The translations under genes and the position numbers were made by a program. Under the pieces are notes generated by a model. It worked only from the letters and a program-made list of their open reading frames with translations. It did not search any database and was not told the DNA's origin. This document shows, in pieces, positions 63,666 through 64,000 of a stretch of DNA of 64,000 nucleotides. This DNA is from a virus. Taxonomy: Duplodnaviria > Caudoviricetes. Numbering within the stretch: position 1 is the stretch's first letter; each line of letters starts with the position of its first letter. The DNA is taken from the IMG/VR virus record IMGVR_UViG_3300030330_004405, positions 1 to 64,000 of that record; one strand, given 5' to 3'.

Positions 63666-64000
63666 ACAAACACAAGTGGTAATGTTCTCGTCAAAAACGG
63701 GACAGTGGGCAACACCGCAAGATTTCTTCAATAAGCTGAATTGGCGCTTCGGTCCATTTGACTTGGATCCCTGCGCAGACGCAGAAAACGCAAAGTGCAC
63801 TAAGTTCTTTAGCGAAGCAGATGACGGACTGTCACACAGTTGGGCAGGATACACAAGTTTTATCAACCCTCCATATGGGCGCGGCATTGACAAGTGGATC
63901 AAAAAAGCATACGAGGAATCTCGCAACGAAGATACTAAGGTGGTGATGCTGATTCCTGCCAGAACTGATACAAAGTATTGGCACCAATATGTTATGAAGG
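63658..64000 (+). CDS. Phage N6-adenine methyltransferase, 3'-truncated by window edge
   Basis: Translated by hand: W.TP, FDLDPCA, DGL..W, NPPY, LIPARTDT. Confidence 0.9.
   Translation, partial: MNKQTQVVMFSSKTGQWATPQDFFNKLNWRFGPFDLDPCADAENAKCTKFFSEADDGLSHSWAGYTSFINPPYGRGIDKWIKKAYEESRNEDTKVVMLIPARTDTKYWHQYVMK

Noticed and set aside
63758-63946. 62-aa track ORF
   Set aside because: Out-of-frame overlap with the NPPY methyltransferase starting at 63658
1-64000. Alternative genetic code (TAG/TGA reassignment)
   Set aside because: Core genes are full length in code 11 and all three stop codons end genes at tight junctions
1-64000. CRISPR array, tRNA, rRNA, integrase/transposase, introns or inteins
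   Set aside because: No spaced repeats or cloverleafs seen in the short intergenic gaps; terminase, DnaB, RecA, NrdJ and DnaE are of normal length and uninterrupted. By eye only; tRNAscan not run.

Overview
The window is a 64 kb segment of a large dsDNA bacteriophage with T4-like (myovirus) morphogenesis genes. It uses the standard genetic code and every credible gene is on the + strand. 1-40.7 kb: the 3' part of an SbcC/gp46 ATPase, a tubulin/FtsZ-family GTPase, holin- and spanin-like genes, terminase, portal, prohead protease, ribosomal protein bS21, paralogous fibre/decoration proteins, an Smr protein, scaffold, major capsid, neck, sheath, tube, tail chaperone, tape measure and baseplate genes. 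Most of these units are preceded by a recurring (A/T)CTANTTA motif, inferred to be the late promoter. 40.7-64 kb: replication and accessory genes driven by canonical sigma70 promoters (TTGAC-N17-TAnnnT). These are a compact family-A polymerase, a degenerate second tubulin-like protein, gp32, RecA, 5'-3' exonuclease, DnaB, class II RNR, a GroES-like protein, amidase, dCMP deaminase, a metzincin, DnaE, ClpP, an HPD/J-like protein, four DNA methyltransferases and three PD-(D/E)xK-like nucleases. Best novelty candidate: a methyltransferase-nuclease pair (44075-46014) whose nuclease has the late-promoter motif and the same N-terminal leader as a small putative internal head protein, suggesting a virion-packaged restriction enzyme. 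Also notable: a family of putative capsid-targeting leaders, two covarying gene-32-type pseudoknots after gp32, and a +1/-2 frameshift site in the tail chaperone. All calls come from reading motifs by eye; no database search was run.
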